From Candidatus Methylomirabilota bacterium (lineage in GTDB: Bacteria; Methylomirabilota; Methylomirabilia; Rokubacteriales; CSP1-6), in assembly GCA_046726415.1 (NCBI GenBank), contig JBKPAK010000069.1, positions 1 through 55,603 on the forward strand: a stretch of DNA of 55,603 nt, given 5' to 3'. The position numbers were made by a program, and so were the translations under genes. Below are positions 1 to 9,626 of the stretch, piece after piece (the stretch's first letter is position 1; every line of letters begins with the position of its first letter). The notes beneath the pieces are model-generated. The model did not search any database and was not told the origin of the DNA. It saw only the letters and a program-made list of their open reading frames with translations.

Positions 1-124
1 GCACGAAGGCGCGCTCTTTCGAAGAGCGCAGGTACAGCCAGTTCATCAGCCATACCAGGAGCGCGACGGCGATGGCCACGACGATCAGCGCGAGGACGAC
101 TGCGCCGAATTGGGCTCCGCTCAT
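1..124 (-). CDS. 5' end of a flotillin/SPFH-family (YqiK-like) membrane protein; runs off the window
   Basis: Not in the ORF track. Manual translation from ATG 124 (RBS GGAGAGGAG upstream): MSGAQFGAVVLALIVVAIAVALLVWLMNWLYLRSSKERAFV. A TM helix followed by LYxRSSKERAFV matches the YqiK-type LYRRASAEQAFVRTG start. Confidence 0.75.
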   Translation of the reverse strand, partial: MSGAQFGAVVLALIVVAIAVALLVWLMNWLYLRSSKERAFV

Positions 125-187
125 GACGGTCTCCTCTCCGACTCGCTCGCGGCAGGAGATGGGTCTTCGATGGACCTTGGACTCATC

Positions 188-1018
188 TCACCGCCTGATG
201 CGCTTGAACTTCCTGGTGGTCTCGGTCAACGCCACCTCGGCCGGCAGGCGCTCCATGCTGGAGGCGCCGTAAAACCCGTGACACTGCCGGCAGTTCCGGA
301 GGATGTAGCGCGCATCGACGGGGCGCGCGATCGGCCCCCCGTGGCACAGCACGATGATGTCCGCCTTCACCTCGCGTGCGGCCGAGGCCCAGGCGTTGAT
401 GTGCGGCACGCAGTCCTTCAGGGTCAGCGCGGTCTCGGCGCCGATGGCGCCGCCCGCGGTCAGGCCCAGGTGGCACACCACGATATCGGCGCCGGCCTTG
501 GCCATGTCGACCGCGTTCTGCTCCGAGAAGACATACGGCGTGGTGAGCAGGTCCCGGTCGTGAGCGGCTCGGATTAGGTCGACCTCGAGCCCGTAGCCCA
601 TACCGGTCTCTTCGAGCTGAGCGCGGATGGTGCCGTCGAAGAGGCCCACGGTCGGGAAGTTCTGCACCCCGGAAAAGCCCAGCTCGGCCAACCGGCTCAG
701 GAGGTCGTCGGCAATCATGAACGGGTCGGTGCCGTTGACCCCGGCCAGCACGGGTGTCTGCTTGACGACGGGCAACACCTCACGGGCCATCTCGAGCACG
801 ATCTCGTTGGCATTGCCGTAGGCCATCAGTCCGGCCAGGGACCCGCGCCCGGCCATGCGGTAGCGGCCCGAGTTGTAGATCACGATGAGATCGATGCCGC
901 CGGCCTCCTCGCACTTGGCCGAGAGGCCGGTGCCGGCGCCGCCGCCGATGATCGGCTCGCCGCGCCGGATCATGGCGCGAAACTTCTTGAGGATGTCCTG
1001 GCGGGCGATGCGGGGCAT
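188..1018 (-). CDS. Phosphoenolpyruvate hydrolase-like TIM-barrel protein
   Basis: Motifs [53 protein letters not shown] and [12 protein letters not shown]. Confidence 0.92.
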   Translation of the reverse strand: MPRIARQDILKKFRAMIRRGEPIIGGGAGTGLSAKCEEAGGIDLIVIYNSGRYRMAGRGSLAGLMAYGNANEIVLEMAREVLPVVKQTPVLAGVNGTDPFMIADDLLSRLAELGFSGVQNFPTVGLFDGTIRAQLEETGMGYGLEVDLIRAAHDRDLLTTPYVFSEQNAVDMAKAGADIVVCHLGLTAGGAIGAETALTLKDCVPHINAWASAAREVKADIIVLCHGGPIARPVDARYILRNCRQCHGFYGASSMERLPAEVALTETTRKFKRIRR

Positions 1019-1021
1019 GGG

Positions 1022-1885
1022 TCAGGTCGACCGTGGTCTGGCCGCAGCCGGCGCGCCGACGAGCTCGTCGAAGCTCGCCACCAGCGCTTCGCAGAATGCC
1101 TGGTCATTGATGTTGTGCGGAAGACGGACGAGCTTGCGATCCGTCCCCCCGCGGAAGCCCGCGGTGATCGCGTCGAACAGTGCCGCGTCGGCGGCCGGGT
1201 CCCAGAACGGTTTGCCGACCGCGTCGAGCAGCGAAACGCCGCCCTCGGGGATCAGGAAGCGCACCGGGCCCTCCATGCGGTTGAGCTTCTCGACGATGAA
1301 CCGGCCGATGCGCGAGCACTCGCTCGGCGTGGTGCGCATCAAGGTCACGTTCTGGTTGTGCCGGTGCAAGGTCCGGCCGCGGAACTGGGCGGGCACCGTG
1401 TCCATGGCCCAGAAGTTCACCATGTCGAGCGCTCCGCAAGAGCCGACATAGGGCAGCCGCGAGCGAATGATGGCATCCAGGCGCCCTGGCCCGGCCGAAA
1501 GGACGCCGCCGACGAGCTCATCCGCGATCTCGGTGGTGGTGACGTCGATCACCCCGGCCAGCAGTCCCGAGTCCACCAGCTTCTCCATGGACTGGCCGCC
1601 GGTGCCCGTGGCGTGGAACACCAGGCAGTCGTAGCGCTCCTCGAGCGCCCGGGTCACCGCCTGGACGCACGGCGTGGTCACGCCGAACATGGTCAGGCCG
1701 ATGGCCGGCTTCGCGTCGCACGCCGCGCCCGGCTTGGGGGCGTAGGCGATCATGCCGGCCAGCGCGTGCGCGGCATTGGCGAGCACCCGCTCCGAGATGC
1801 GGTTGATGCCGGCCACATCGGTGACGGAGTACATCATGCAGATATCGGCGGGGCCGACGTAGGGCTTCACGTCCCCCGAGGCCGC
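1022..1885 (-). pseudogene. Tm-1-like ATP-binding (UPF0261) protein, N-terminal part missing
   Basis: Motifs [50 protein letters not shown] and GALDMVNF. Similarity stops near 1885, where the sequence switches to a + strand TetR fragment; the ORF-track N-terminus is shadow sequence. Confidence 0.85.
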
Positions 1886-2366
1886 CGAGGCGCTGGCCCC
1901 GGTGCGGCGTTTCGAACCGAAGCCGACCGACGGCCTGCGGCGGGTGCGAGAGTTGTTCGACAAGACCTTCCCGCTGTTCAGACAGTTCGAGCCGCACATG
2001 CGCGCCGCGCTCCAGCTCGCCCTCGAGCACGAGTCGCTCGAACGCCTCGGCCGGCTGGAGGAAGAGCCCTTCCGCCGCGGGCACCGACGCTATATGCTGC
2101 ACCGGGCGGCCGCGCCACTCCGGTCGACCCTGGGAGCGAAGGCGTACGAGCGCCTGCTCAAGGCGTTGTCGCTCGTCTACGGCATCGAGTCGTATGTCGT
2201 GCTGCGCGACATCTGGGGAGCCAGCTATCGCGACGTCGAGGCCGTGGCCCGCTGGATGCTCGATGCGCTGATCGAGTCGGCGCTCAGTCAGGCTTCCGGC
2301 CTGCAACCAGCGGCGGCGCGGCTCAGAAGGCCACGGCGATCGATGGCCAGGCCCCGGGGCAACTAG
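1884..2366 (+). pseudogene. TetR/AcrR-family regulator C-terminal domain, HTH missing
   Basis: [50 protein letters not shown] resembles the C-terminus of TetR regulators found beside UPF0261 genes. No HTH or RBS is present. Confidence 0.65.
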
Positions 2367-2394
2367 CTCCTCTAGGGGCCCTTTTGAGGCCCAT

Positions 2395-2895
2395 CTAGCC
2401 GGAGCGGTCCCGGAGAGGCTGCAGGGCGCGGGCCAGATCTTCCACGCGAGTGACGATGGTGCCGCCACTCTGCCGGATGAAGAACTCGACCTGAAGATTG
2501 ACGATGCCCCCTTCATTGTCGGCGCTCAGGCGGAAATCGCCCCGGTACCCGACGATGAACTTCCCGCGCGCGAAGGCGTAGCCGACTTCCGCGGCGGTGC
2601 CGCTGTCCACGTCGACGCCATCGAGAACGGCGACTGTGCCCTGGGCGTCGTCGATCGCCGCGCGGTTCGCCTCGGCAATCTGCTTGTTCAATGCCTTCCA
2701 GGCGTCCCGCCTCTCTGGCCCGTAGGGCATCTGCTGAACTGCCTCGATCCGTCGTGGATCGGTCAGCCTCCAGGGATCGAGGACGCCATACCCAAGACCG
2801 CTCACCAACGGGATCAAGACGGAGTCGTAGAAGTGGCGGCCGGCTTCCGAGAAGCCAAACGGGCTGGCCATGTAGATGCGTATCGCGCCGCTCAT
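2395..2895 (-). CDS. Nucleoside 2-deoxyribosyltransferase family protein
   Basis: Motifs IYMASPFGF and DGVDVDSGTAAEVGYAFARGK..GYRGDFR. Start moved to ATG 2895. Confidence 0.88.
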   Translation of the reverse strand: MSGAIRIYMASPFGFSEAGRHFYDSVLIPLVSGLGYGVLDPWRLTDPRRIEAVQQMPYGPERRDAWKALNKQIAEANRAAIDDAQGTVAVLDGVDVDSGTAAEVGYAFARGKFIVGYRGDFRLSADNEGGIVNLQVEFFIRQSGGTIVTRVEDLARALQPLRDRSG

Positions 2896-2980
2896 CCCGC
2901 CGGCCTCGAGCATAGTGGACTGTCCTCCCCGCCGCCAGAGAGCGTCGGCGGGGCGCGCGCCCCATCGCGCGCGAGCCAGG

Positions 2981-3031
2981 CTCATCGGGCCCATTCGCCC
3001 CGACCCACGCTCTCACCGGGCCCATCCGCCC
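2981..3031. repeat. Imperfect 20-bp direct repeat in a divergent intergenic region
   Basis: CTCATCGGGCCCATTCGCCC (2981-3000) and CTCACCGGGCCCATCCGCCC (3012-3031): 18/20 identical, 31-bp period. Confidence 0.6.
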
Positions 3032-3138
3032 GGCCATGCCGGCGTGGAGAGTAGACTCATGGCCACAGGACGAAGGCCACCCCGCTGAGTCGATCCGCGC
3101 CGGGCTCGAGGGCCATGACGCCGAAGAATCGATTGAGA

Positions 3139-3877
3139 ATGGGGCACGCGCTCACGACCGAGCTGGCCCTCGAGGATCTGGGCCCGGCCCGGGCCATCTG
3201 CGACCTCTTGGACTTCCTGGAGGACGTGGTTTTCTGGATCAAGGACCGGTCGGGCCGCTATTGCTGGGTGAACGTCGCGAATCTCGTCAACCTCGGGCTG
3301 AGCCGGCGCGAAAGATGTCCTGGGCAAGACGGACTTCGATCTTTTGCCGGCGCACATCGCGGCTCAGTTCCACCCGGACGATGAACGTGTGCTGGCCGGA
3401 CAGAGCATCGCCAAGCGCATCGAGCTCATCGGGCGCTTCGACCACACGGCGCGCTGGAGCGTGACGTTCAAGCTGCCCCTCCGGAACGGCCGGGGGAGCA
3501 TCATCGGCACCGTCGGCTTCACGCGGCCATTGAAGTCCGGCGGCGGGGACTGGCACGGTATGCTGCTGGGGAACGCCATCGGTTTCGTTCGCGACCGCTT
3601 CCGGGAGCCGCTGGACAACGGCCAACTGGCCCGCGTGGCCGGCATGTCGCAGCGCACCTTCGAACTGCGGTTCCGCCGATACTACGGACTGTCACCCCAG
3701 CAGTACATCAAACGGGCGCGCGTGCGCACGGCGTGTCAAGCCCTGGTATACACCGACCAGTCGATCGCCCTCATCGCCGCCGAGCATGGATTCCCAGATC
3801 AGAGCTATTTCACCCGCGAGTTTCGCGACGTGGTCGGCAAGACGCCCAGCGAGTACCGCAAGAGCTTCCAGGGTTGA
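3139..3877 (+). pseudogene. PAS-AraC family transcriptional regulator, frameshifted
   Basis: PAS segment (DVVFWIKDRSGRYCWVN) joins DVLGKTDFDL and an AraC HTH (LARVAGMSQRTFELRF..GFPDQSYFTREFR..GKTPSEYR) if one A is removed from the AAA at 3311-3313. Confidence 0.85.
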
Positions 3878-3974
3878 TTCCCTGGGGCGTTCGAAATGGC
3901 CCCCAAACGCCCAACGCTCGGCGCGCGCCGGTGGATTCGGCGCGCGCCGCGACATACTCGGCGGCCGGCCGAGG

Positions 3975-4008
3975 TCATAGAGGGCGCGAACTCATAGAGG
4001 GTTCGAGC
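3975..4008. repeat. 17-bp tandem direct repeat upstream of the amidohydrolase
   Basis: TCATAGAGGGCGCGAAC followed by TCATAGAGGGTTCGAGC. Confidence 0.6.
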
Positions 4009-4155
4009 TCACCCACACTCTCCCCGAGGCTCCTCGACCGACCCGGGGGCTTTTGTTCCAAAGTTTGGCGCTCCGTCACTATCGGGCGCGGACCGCTCCG
4101 CGCTATGAATCGGCCGAGCGTCCGGCGCCGCGCCGGTCTGGGAGGAACGCCTCCG

Positions 4156-5403
4156 ATGGGTGCGTATCTGATCACCAACGTGCGAATCATCGACGGCACC
4201 GGCCAGGAGCCATTCCCCGGCGCCGTCCGGATCGAATCGAACCGCATCGCCGGGGTCAGCAGTGGGGGCGACGGCGCCCGCCCCTGACGGGGCCACCGTA
4301 ATCGATGGTGCCGGAGCGACCTTGATGCCGGGACTCATCGAATCGCCCGCGCACCTGGGGCTTGCCAACGTGGGCTCCCACGATCTGACCCGGCTGCCCG
4401 CCGAGGAGCAGATGCTCATCACCGTCCGCAACGCCCGGACGATGCTCGACTGCGGCTACACGAGCGCGTTCTCCGCGGCCGCGGCCAAGCCCCGCCTCGA
4501 CGTGGTCCTGCGCCGCGAGATCGAGGCCGGCCGCGAGGTGGGGCCCCGGTTTCTCGCCAATGGCCCGGAGATCACCGTCACCGGCGGGCTCGGCGACACG
4601 AACGCGCTCCACCTGCCCCACTACGAGACCCCGACGTTCGCCTGGGTCGCCGATGGCCCAGACGCGATGCGCCGCGTGTGCCGGACGCTCGCCCGGGAGG
4701 GCGTCGACCTCCTGAAACTCAACCTCTCCGGGGACATCGGGACCTCGATCTTCCCGTCCGAGGCGACGCCCATGACGGACGCCGAGGTGGCGGCGGCGAT
4801 GGACGTGGCCCGGGCGGGCAGCCTGCGGGTGGCTGCCCACTGCCGGAGCGCCGAATCGGTCATGCTAGCCCTGCGGCACGGTATCGAAGTGATCTATCAC
4901 GCGAACTACGCCGACGAGCGCGCCCTCGACGCCCTCGAGGCCGCGCGTAACCGAGTCTTCGTCGGCCCCGCCCTCGGCATCACCTACAGCATCAGTCAGG
5001 CCGCCGGAAAGTGGGGCGTCACCCCCGAGCGTTCCCGGGCCTTCGAGCGAGAGCTCGAGATCTCCGTCGAGACCGTGGCTCGCATGCGCAAGCGGGGGAT
5101 TCGGGTGCTGCCGGGGGGAGACGACGGCTTCCCGTACACGCCCCACGGGACCTACGCGCGCGACCTCTGGTTGTTCGTCAAGATCCTCGGCTTCTCGCCT
5201 ATGGAGACGCTCGTCGCGGCGACGCGGCTGGGCGGCGCGATCATGGGAAGCCCGGCGAGCTGGGCATCGTCAAGGCGGGTGCGCTGGCCGACCTCCTGCT
5301 GGTCGACGGCGACCCCCTGGCCAACATCGAGATCCTGCAGGACCGCCGGGCCCTGCGCATGATCATGAAGGACGGCACTCTGCACAAGGCTCCAGCCCAA
5401 TGA
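4156..5403 (+). pseudogene. Metal-dependent amidohydrolase (prolidase-like subgroup), two frameshifts
   Basis: ATG 4156 with GGAGG RBS; reads NVRIIDGTG..IDGAGATLMPGLIES(P)AH..AAHC..GELGIVKAGALADLLLVDGDPL. Extra G at 4264-4268, missing G near 5245-5247, and the HxH metal motif reads PAH. Confidence 0.85.
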
Positions 5404-5416
5404 CGGGGAGGAAGTC

Positions 5417-7063
5417 ATGATGAAGAGGATCCGACGCCTCGGCACCGCGGTCACCGCGCTCCTGGGCATACACGCCCTTCACCGCTCGCGCATCAGCGCC
5501 GCCCCCGTCGCAGATGGGATCAAGTTCGGCGAAGAGGAGAGAGCTCGTCGCATCTCCGCGGAGATTACCAACGCGGGCAGCGCCGAATGGCGCGGCAACG
5601 TCCGTCTGGGGGTCTTGTGGTTCCGGCGCGGTAACAGCCAACGACGTCTCGCCGAGGGCCGCGTCGATCTCCCGCTGCCGCTCGCGCCCGGTGCGAGCGC
5701 ACGCGTGGAGATCGAGCTCACACCGACCGACAGCCGTGGCGCGCGCCTGCCCGGGGGCGTGTACGAAGTGTGGCTCGCGATCGTCGAGGAGGGCGTGACC
5801 TGGTTCTACCAAAAGGGAGATGAGCCTCTGCGAATCCCCGTCGAGGTGGCAGGGGAGATGCCTTACGGCGCGCTGGAAGACATCAATCAGTTCTACGAGC
5901 TCATGATGTTCTGGGTGTACCGCGAGCACCTCCGCCCGGGCTGCGTGGCGCTCGACGTGGGCGCAAATCAGGGCGCCCACACCCGACAGATGGCCTCGCG
6001 CGTGGGTGCGCGCGGCGCCGTCATCGCGTTCGAGCCCATCCCCATCCTGTATCACGCCCTGCGTACGGAGTTTGCGGCTGCGCGGGAGGTTCAAGTGCGA
6101 CCACAGGCCGTCTCGGACCGGGCGGGGCGGGCGACCTTTCACATCAACCAGAAGAACTCTTCCTACTACAGCGGACTCGAGAACGCGGACGCGGTCAGCG
6201 GCGGCACGTCTATCCCGATCGGCGTGGAGATCACGACGCTCGATGCGCTTCTCCCGCAGCTCGAGCGCCTCGACCTCGTGAAGCTCGACATCGAGGGCGC
6301 GGAGCTCCACGCCCTACGCGGGGCCACGGATCTGTTGGCGAGATTTCGGCCCCTGATCGTGTTCGAGTGGGGGGATCAATCCTCTCCCATCTACGGCACA
6401 ACCTCGGACCAGATCTGGTCGTTCTTCAGCGCACGAGGCTATCGTCTCTTCGCGATCAGCGGCGCCGACTGCTCGGAGCGCGCCGCCTTCGTCGAGTCGA
6501 GCCGCGTCCAGGACTTGTGGAACTACGTCGCCGTCCACGAGACCGCCGTCGAATCGTTCCTGCCAACGGCGACGAAGCTGAAGGCGCTCTCGAAAGGATT
6601 GGCGCGGGGCCTGAGGAACCCAGCCTACGACCTCGAGGTGAACGTCGAGGAGTTCACGCTGGCGGGCCTGTACGATGCGGCGCGGGTCTCGGGCGTCATA
6701 TCGAACCGATCCGACGTGGCGTGGATCGCCGAGAGCCAGGCCTGGCTCGGCCCGCGCGCCGTCCCAGATCGCATCGAGAACGCCTACAAGCTCGGCTTGG
6801 TGTGGATGGACGCGGGAGGCAACGTCGCCGCCGAGGAGCGCCGTCCGCTGCCGAAGGAGGCGATCTTCCCGGGTGAGCGCGTCGAGTTCGGCTTCGACGT
6901 TTACGCGGTGACCTCCGGGAACTTCATCGATCCTGGGCTGTACTCCCTCTGGATCGACATCCTGAAGGAAGGCGAGTTCTGGCTGCATGGGCAACGACCT
7001 GAGTCGGATGAGGCCAAGGGACGGTGTATCCGCGTGGAGGTTCGTGACTTGCCGCTCGCGTGA
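5417..7063 (+). CDS. FkbM-family SAM-dependent methyltransferase flanked by two related Ig-like domains
   Basis: Motifs LDVGANQG, AFEPIP, TTLD, VKLDIEGAE and LIVFE. The N- and C-terminal beta-rich segments resemble each other. Confidence 0.85.
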   Translation: MMKRIRRLGTAVTALLGIHALHRSRISAAPVADGIKFGEEERARRISAEITNAGSAEWRGNVRLGVLWFRRGNSQRRLAEGRVDLPLPLAPGASARVEIELTPTDSRGARLPGGVYEVWLAIVEEGVTWFYQKGDEPLRIPVEVAGEMPYGALEDINQFYELMMFWVYREHLRPGCVALDVGANQGAHTRQMASRVGARGAVIAFEPIPILYHALRTEFAAAREVQVRPQAVSDRAGRATFHINQKNSSYYSGLENADAVSGGTSIPIGVEITTLDALLPQLERLDLVKLDIEGAELHALRGATDLLARFRPLIVFEWGDQSSPIYGTTSDQIWSFFSARGYRLFAISGADCSERAAFVESSRVQDLWNYVAVHETAVESFLPTATKLKALSKGLARGLRNPAYDLEVNVEEFTLAGLYDAARVSGVISNRSDVAWIAESQAWLGPRAVPDRIENAYKLGLVWMDAGGNVAAEERRPLPKEAIFPGERVEFGFDVYAVTSGNFIDPGLYSLWIDILKEGEFWLHGQRPESDEAKGRCIRVEVRDLPLA

Positions 7064-7177
7064 CGCTCGCTTCGCAGGTGTGACACGCATGTCCTGATGA
7101 AGATCGAGGTAGCGCAGAAAAGCGCAGTGATTCCGTTCGGGCACGGCGCTTGCTCTCGCCAGGGCGGGAGGCGGGGC

Positions 7178-7400
7178 ATGCGCGTTCGGGTGAGCGCTTT
7201 CGGGCGAGGCCTGTGCATGTGAGTTCTGGTCGCGGCTTGCGAAGACACACCCGCGAACGAAGACATACCCGCGAATCTTTCGCTCGCGATCGACGACGTG
7301 CCCTCGCCGGCGCCGGGCACGATCGAGGTCGCCTTCCAGGTCGGCGATCGTGCGACGCTCGCCGGGTTGAGCGTCACGCTGTTTGGCCTCCGCCCGCCAA
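7178..7400 (+). pseudogene. Remnant of a possible lipoprotein gene
   Basis: GGAGG RBS, then MRVRVSAFGRGLCM*VLVAAC|EDTPANEDIPAN: lipobox-like VAAC, an in-frame TGA in the signal peptide and an 18-bp duplication. The 3' limit is uncertain. Confidence 0.35.
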
Positions 7401-7559
7401 CCTGTCCCGCCTGCCCTCTGCGGGGGAGCAAGATCGCACTCGTCGGACCATCGTCAGGCCCCCGATCAGCGTCGCAACCGTCAGCGAAAATGTCGAGTGC
7501 CACGAGGTCGAGAACCGTGACGTCGGCATGGCGCGCGGCCGGCGCGGTCGCGGCGCGGG

Positions 7560-8178
7560 TGGGCAGATGAGCGCCGGCGGCCCGGCGGGCCCGGGGTGAA
7601 GGCCCTCCACGAGAGAGACTGCGGGGCGGTTACGCCGCCGGTTGCGGGGGCGATCGCGACGGCGGTGCGCAGGGTGGGGTGGCCGCCCAGCCCCAGCCGC
7701 GCCCGCCGACGCGGGGCGACGCCCAGCTGCGGGTGGCTCCATCAGGCCCACCGACGCCTTGGCGCCTCCATCCGCGTCCGGGCGCGGCACGATCAGCGAC
7801 CGCCAGGCGGCATGGGGCGGCAGGACGCCGTGATATCTCAGCAGATGGCTCCGGGGCGCGGGGACGAGCACGGCCAACTTCTCGAGCAGCTCCAGCGGAT
7901 CCAGCAACAAGTGCGTCGCCCCATCAGCCCGAGGGTGGGCGAGCTCGTACAGCAGCTGGCCGTGCGAGCTGTCCGACAACCGCTCCAGGGCCAGCGGCGG
8001 GCGCAAGAGGTAGCGACAGAGATGCTCGCGCCCGGCGCGGGCCTGCGCGGGCAGGGCCACATTGGCGTGCAGCGAGAAGCCCTCCAGGCGGGCGCAGCGC
8101 GCCTTGTGCTCGTCCACCACCGCGGCGGCCGAGCGGAGGCGACGGACGGGCTGCCCGGCGCGCGGGCCGCTGGCCAGA
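7560..8178 (-). mobile_element. IS91/ISCR-family (Y2) transposase remnant, C-terminal part only
   Basis: [70 protein letters not shown] is typical of Y2_Tnp. The N-terminal Zn/HUH region is absent and element ends were not identified. Confidence 0.88.
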
Positions 8179-8282
8179 ACGTATTGTTGCCTGCTGGGAC
8201 CCTCGGGGTGTGGGAAGACCTCCACGCTCCGCATGGTGGCCGGCCACGAGACCGTCACCAGCGGAACCGTCAGGCTGGGGAG
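8179..8282 (+). pseudogene. Short fragment of a PotA-like ABC ATPase (Walker A region)
   Basis: [34 protein letters not shown], with no start and no continuation. Confidence 0.75.
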
Positions 8283-8795
8283 CATAAGAATTCCAAAGCC
8301 CGTTCGCTGCCGTCAACCTTTCCCCTTACCCCCAGCGGCTATCTCGTGACCGTCTCCACGGATGCTGAGACGCCGCCCGGCGATATCGTCCGGCTGCGTG
8401 CTGGCAACCGCTGGTCTATTAACCCCCTTGCTGGTGATCCCGCGCCGGATGTGATCGGTCGATAGCAAGGCCGGAGGCTGACGGCACGCCGCTTCCGCGT
8501 CGCCAAGTTGCTGGTCGGGGGAGGCCGAGTGGGGACGTGCGACCCATCAATTCCGTGACCCGCCTCGCCGTCCACGCCCTCAGCACGCGCCGCTTGTCGA
8601 TGGCCTCGTCGGTCTCCGGCGTCGGGCCCTGCTCCAGGCGCCGGCCGAGCCGCGCCGGATGAGCCTGTCGAGTCTGATCCAAGCGGCTACCGCGTCGGGC
8701 GCGCGCGGGAGGCCAGACAGGGCGTAGGCTCATGGCTCCAGCCTGATCTCCACACGGTCGTAGGCGATTCGGGGTGCGCGACCGACACCGTCCCG

Positions 8796-8801
8796 TATAC
8801 T
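8796..8801 (+). promoter_or_regulatory. -10 box of a probable leaderless transcript
   Basis: TATACT, 6 nt, then ATG 8808; no SD in between. Confidence 0.55.
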
Positions 8802-8807
8802 CAGAGC

Positions 8808-9626
8808 ATGAGAGGAGGACCGACCACAGCCGATCGGTTCAGGGCGGAGACGCTCAAAGCCGTCGAGGTGGTTGAGCAAGCGTTCGGACCCACCCGCCGC
8901 GACGTAGTAGCAGGCGACATTGCATACAAGGGCGGGCGCGACGTGATGACCGGGACCGATGTCGCTGTTGAAGACGCGGTTCGCAAGCTCTTGACCGAGG
9001 CTCTCGGCCTGACGGTGGTCGGCGAGGAGCGGGGCGGCGAGGCGCCGCTTGATGGCTCGGCCTACTGGCTGGTGGACCCGATCTGTGGGACTCGGAACTT
9101 CGCCTCGGGGATTCCGCTGTACTGCGTCAACCTGGCCCTGGTGGAGGGCGACCGGGTCACCGTCGCGGTCGTGGGCGATCCGTCCACCGGTGAGATTAAC
9201 GTGGCGGAGCGAGGTCGTGGAGCTTGGGCTCTTCGTCACGGCCGCCGGCGTCCTCTCGCTGTCAGCGACGAGAGTCGGACGATCGTCGTCGAAGATTCCG
9301 CGTCGAAGGGCACCATGCGAGAGCGCGCGGCCGAGCTCACCGCCAGAGCAATCCGTGCGGATCGGTGGCATTTCCGCTCGTTGGGAACGACGCTGGCACT
9401 GCCGTACGTCGCCGCGGGACGGGTCTCGGCCTACGCCCTATTCTGGACCTCGAGCGTTCACGTCGGCGCTGGAAGTCTTCTCGCCACTGAAGCGGGAGCG
9501 ACCCTCACCGACCTCAATGGCCGAAAATGGGCGCTCAATTCGAATTCGCTGCTGGTCAGCGCGAACGACAGCCTTCATGCCGATTTGCTCGACCTCGCCA
9601 GAGCCACCGCTCCGCGGCCTACTTGA
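8808..9626 (+). CDS. Inositol monophosphatase family protein
   Basis: Motifs T.TD..VE, VVGEE, WLVDPICGTRNFASGIP and YVAAGR. The second metal motif is divergent (SVHVGAG where WD is usual). Confidence 0.85.
   Translation: MRGGPTTADRFRAETLKAVEVVEQAFGPTRRDVVAGDIAYKGGRDVMTGTDVAVEDAVRKLLTEALGLTVVGEERGGEAPLDGSAYWLVDPICGTRNFASGIPLYCVNLALVEGDRVTVAVVGDPSTGEINVAERGRGAWALRHGRRRPLAVSDESRTIVVEDSASKGTMRERAAELTARAIRADRWHFRSLGTTLALPYVAAGRVSAYALFWTSSVHVGAGSLLATEAGATLTDLNGRKWALNSNSLLVSANDSLHADLLDLARATAPRPT

Noticed and set aside
4255..4290. Programmed frameshifting in the amidohydrolase or AraC genes
   Set aside because: No slippery heptamer, indels in both directions, and accompanying active-site loss; decay or error is simpler.
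8172..8185. GTTC at the transposase/ABC-fragment junction as an IS91 end or target
   Set aside because: It lies inside the transposase coding region; a 4-mer alone is not evidence.
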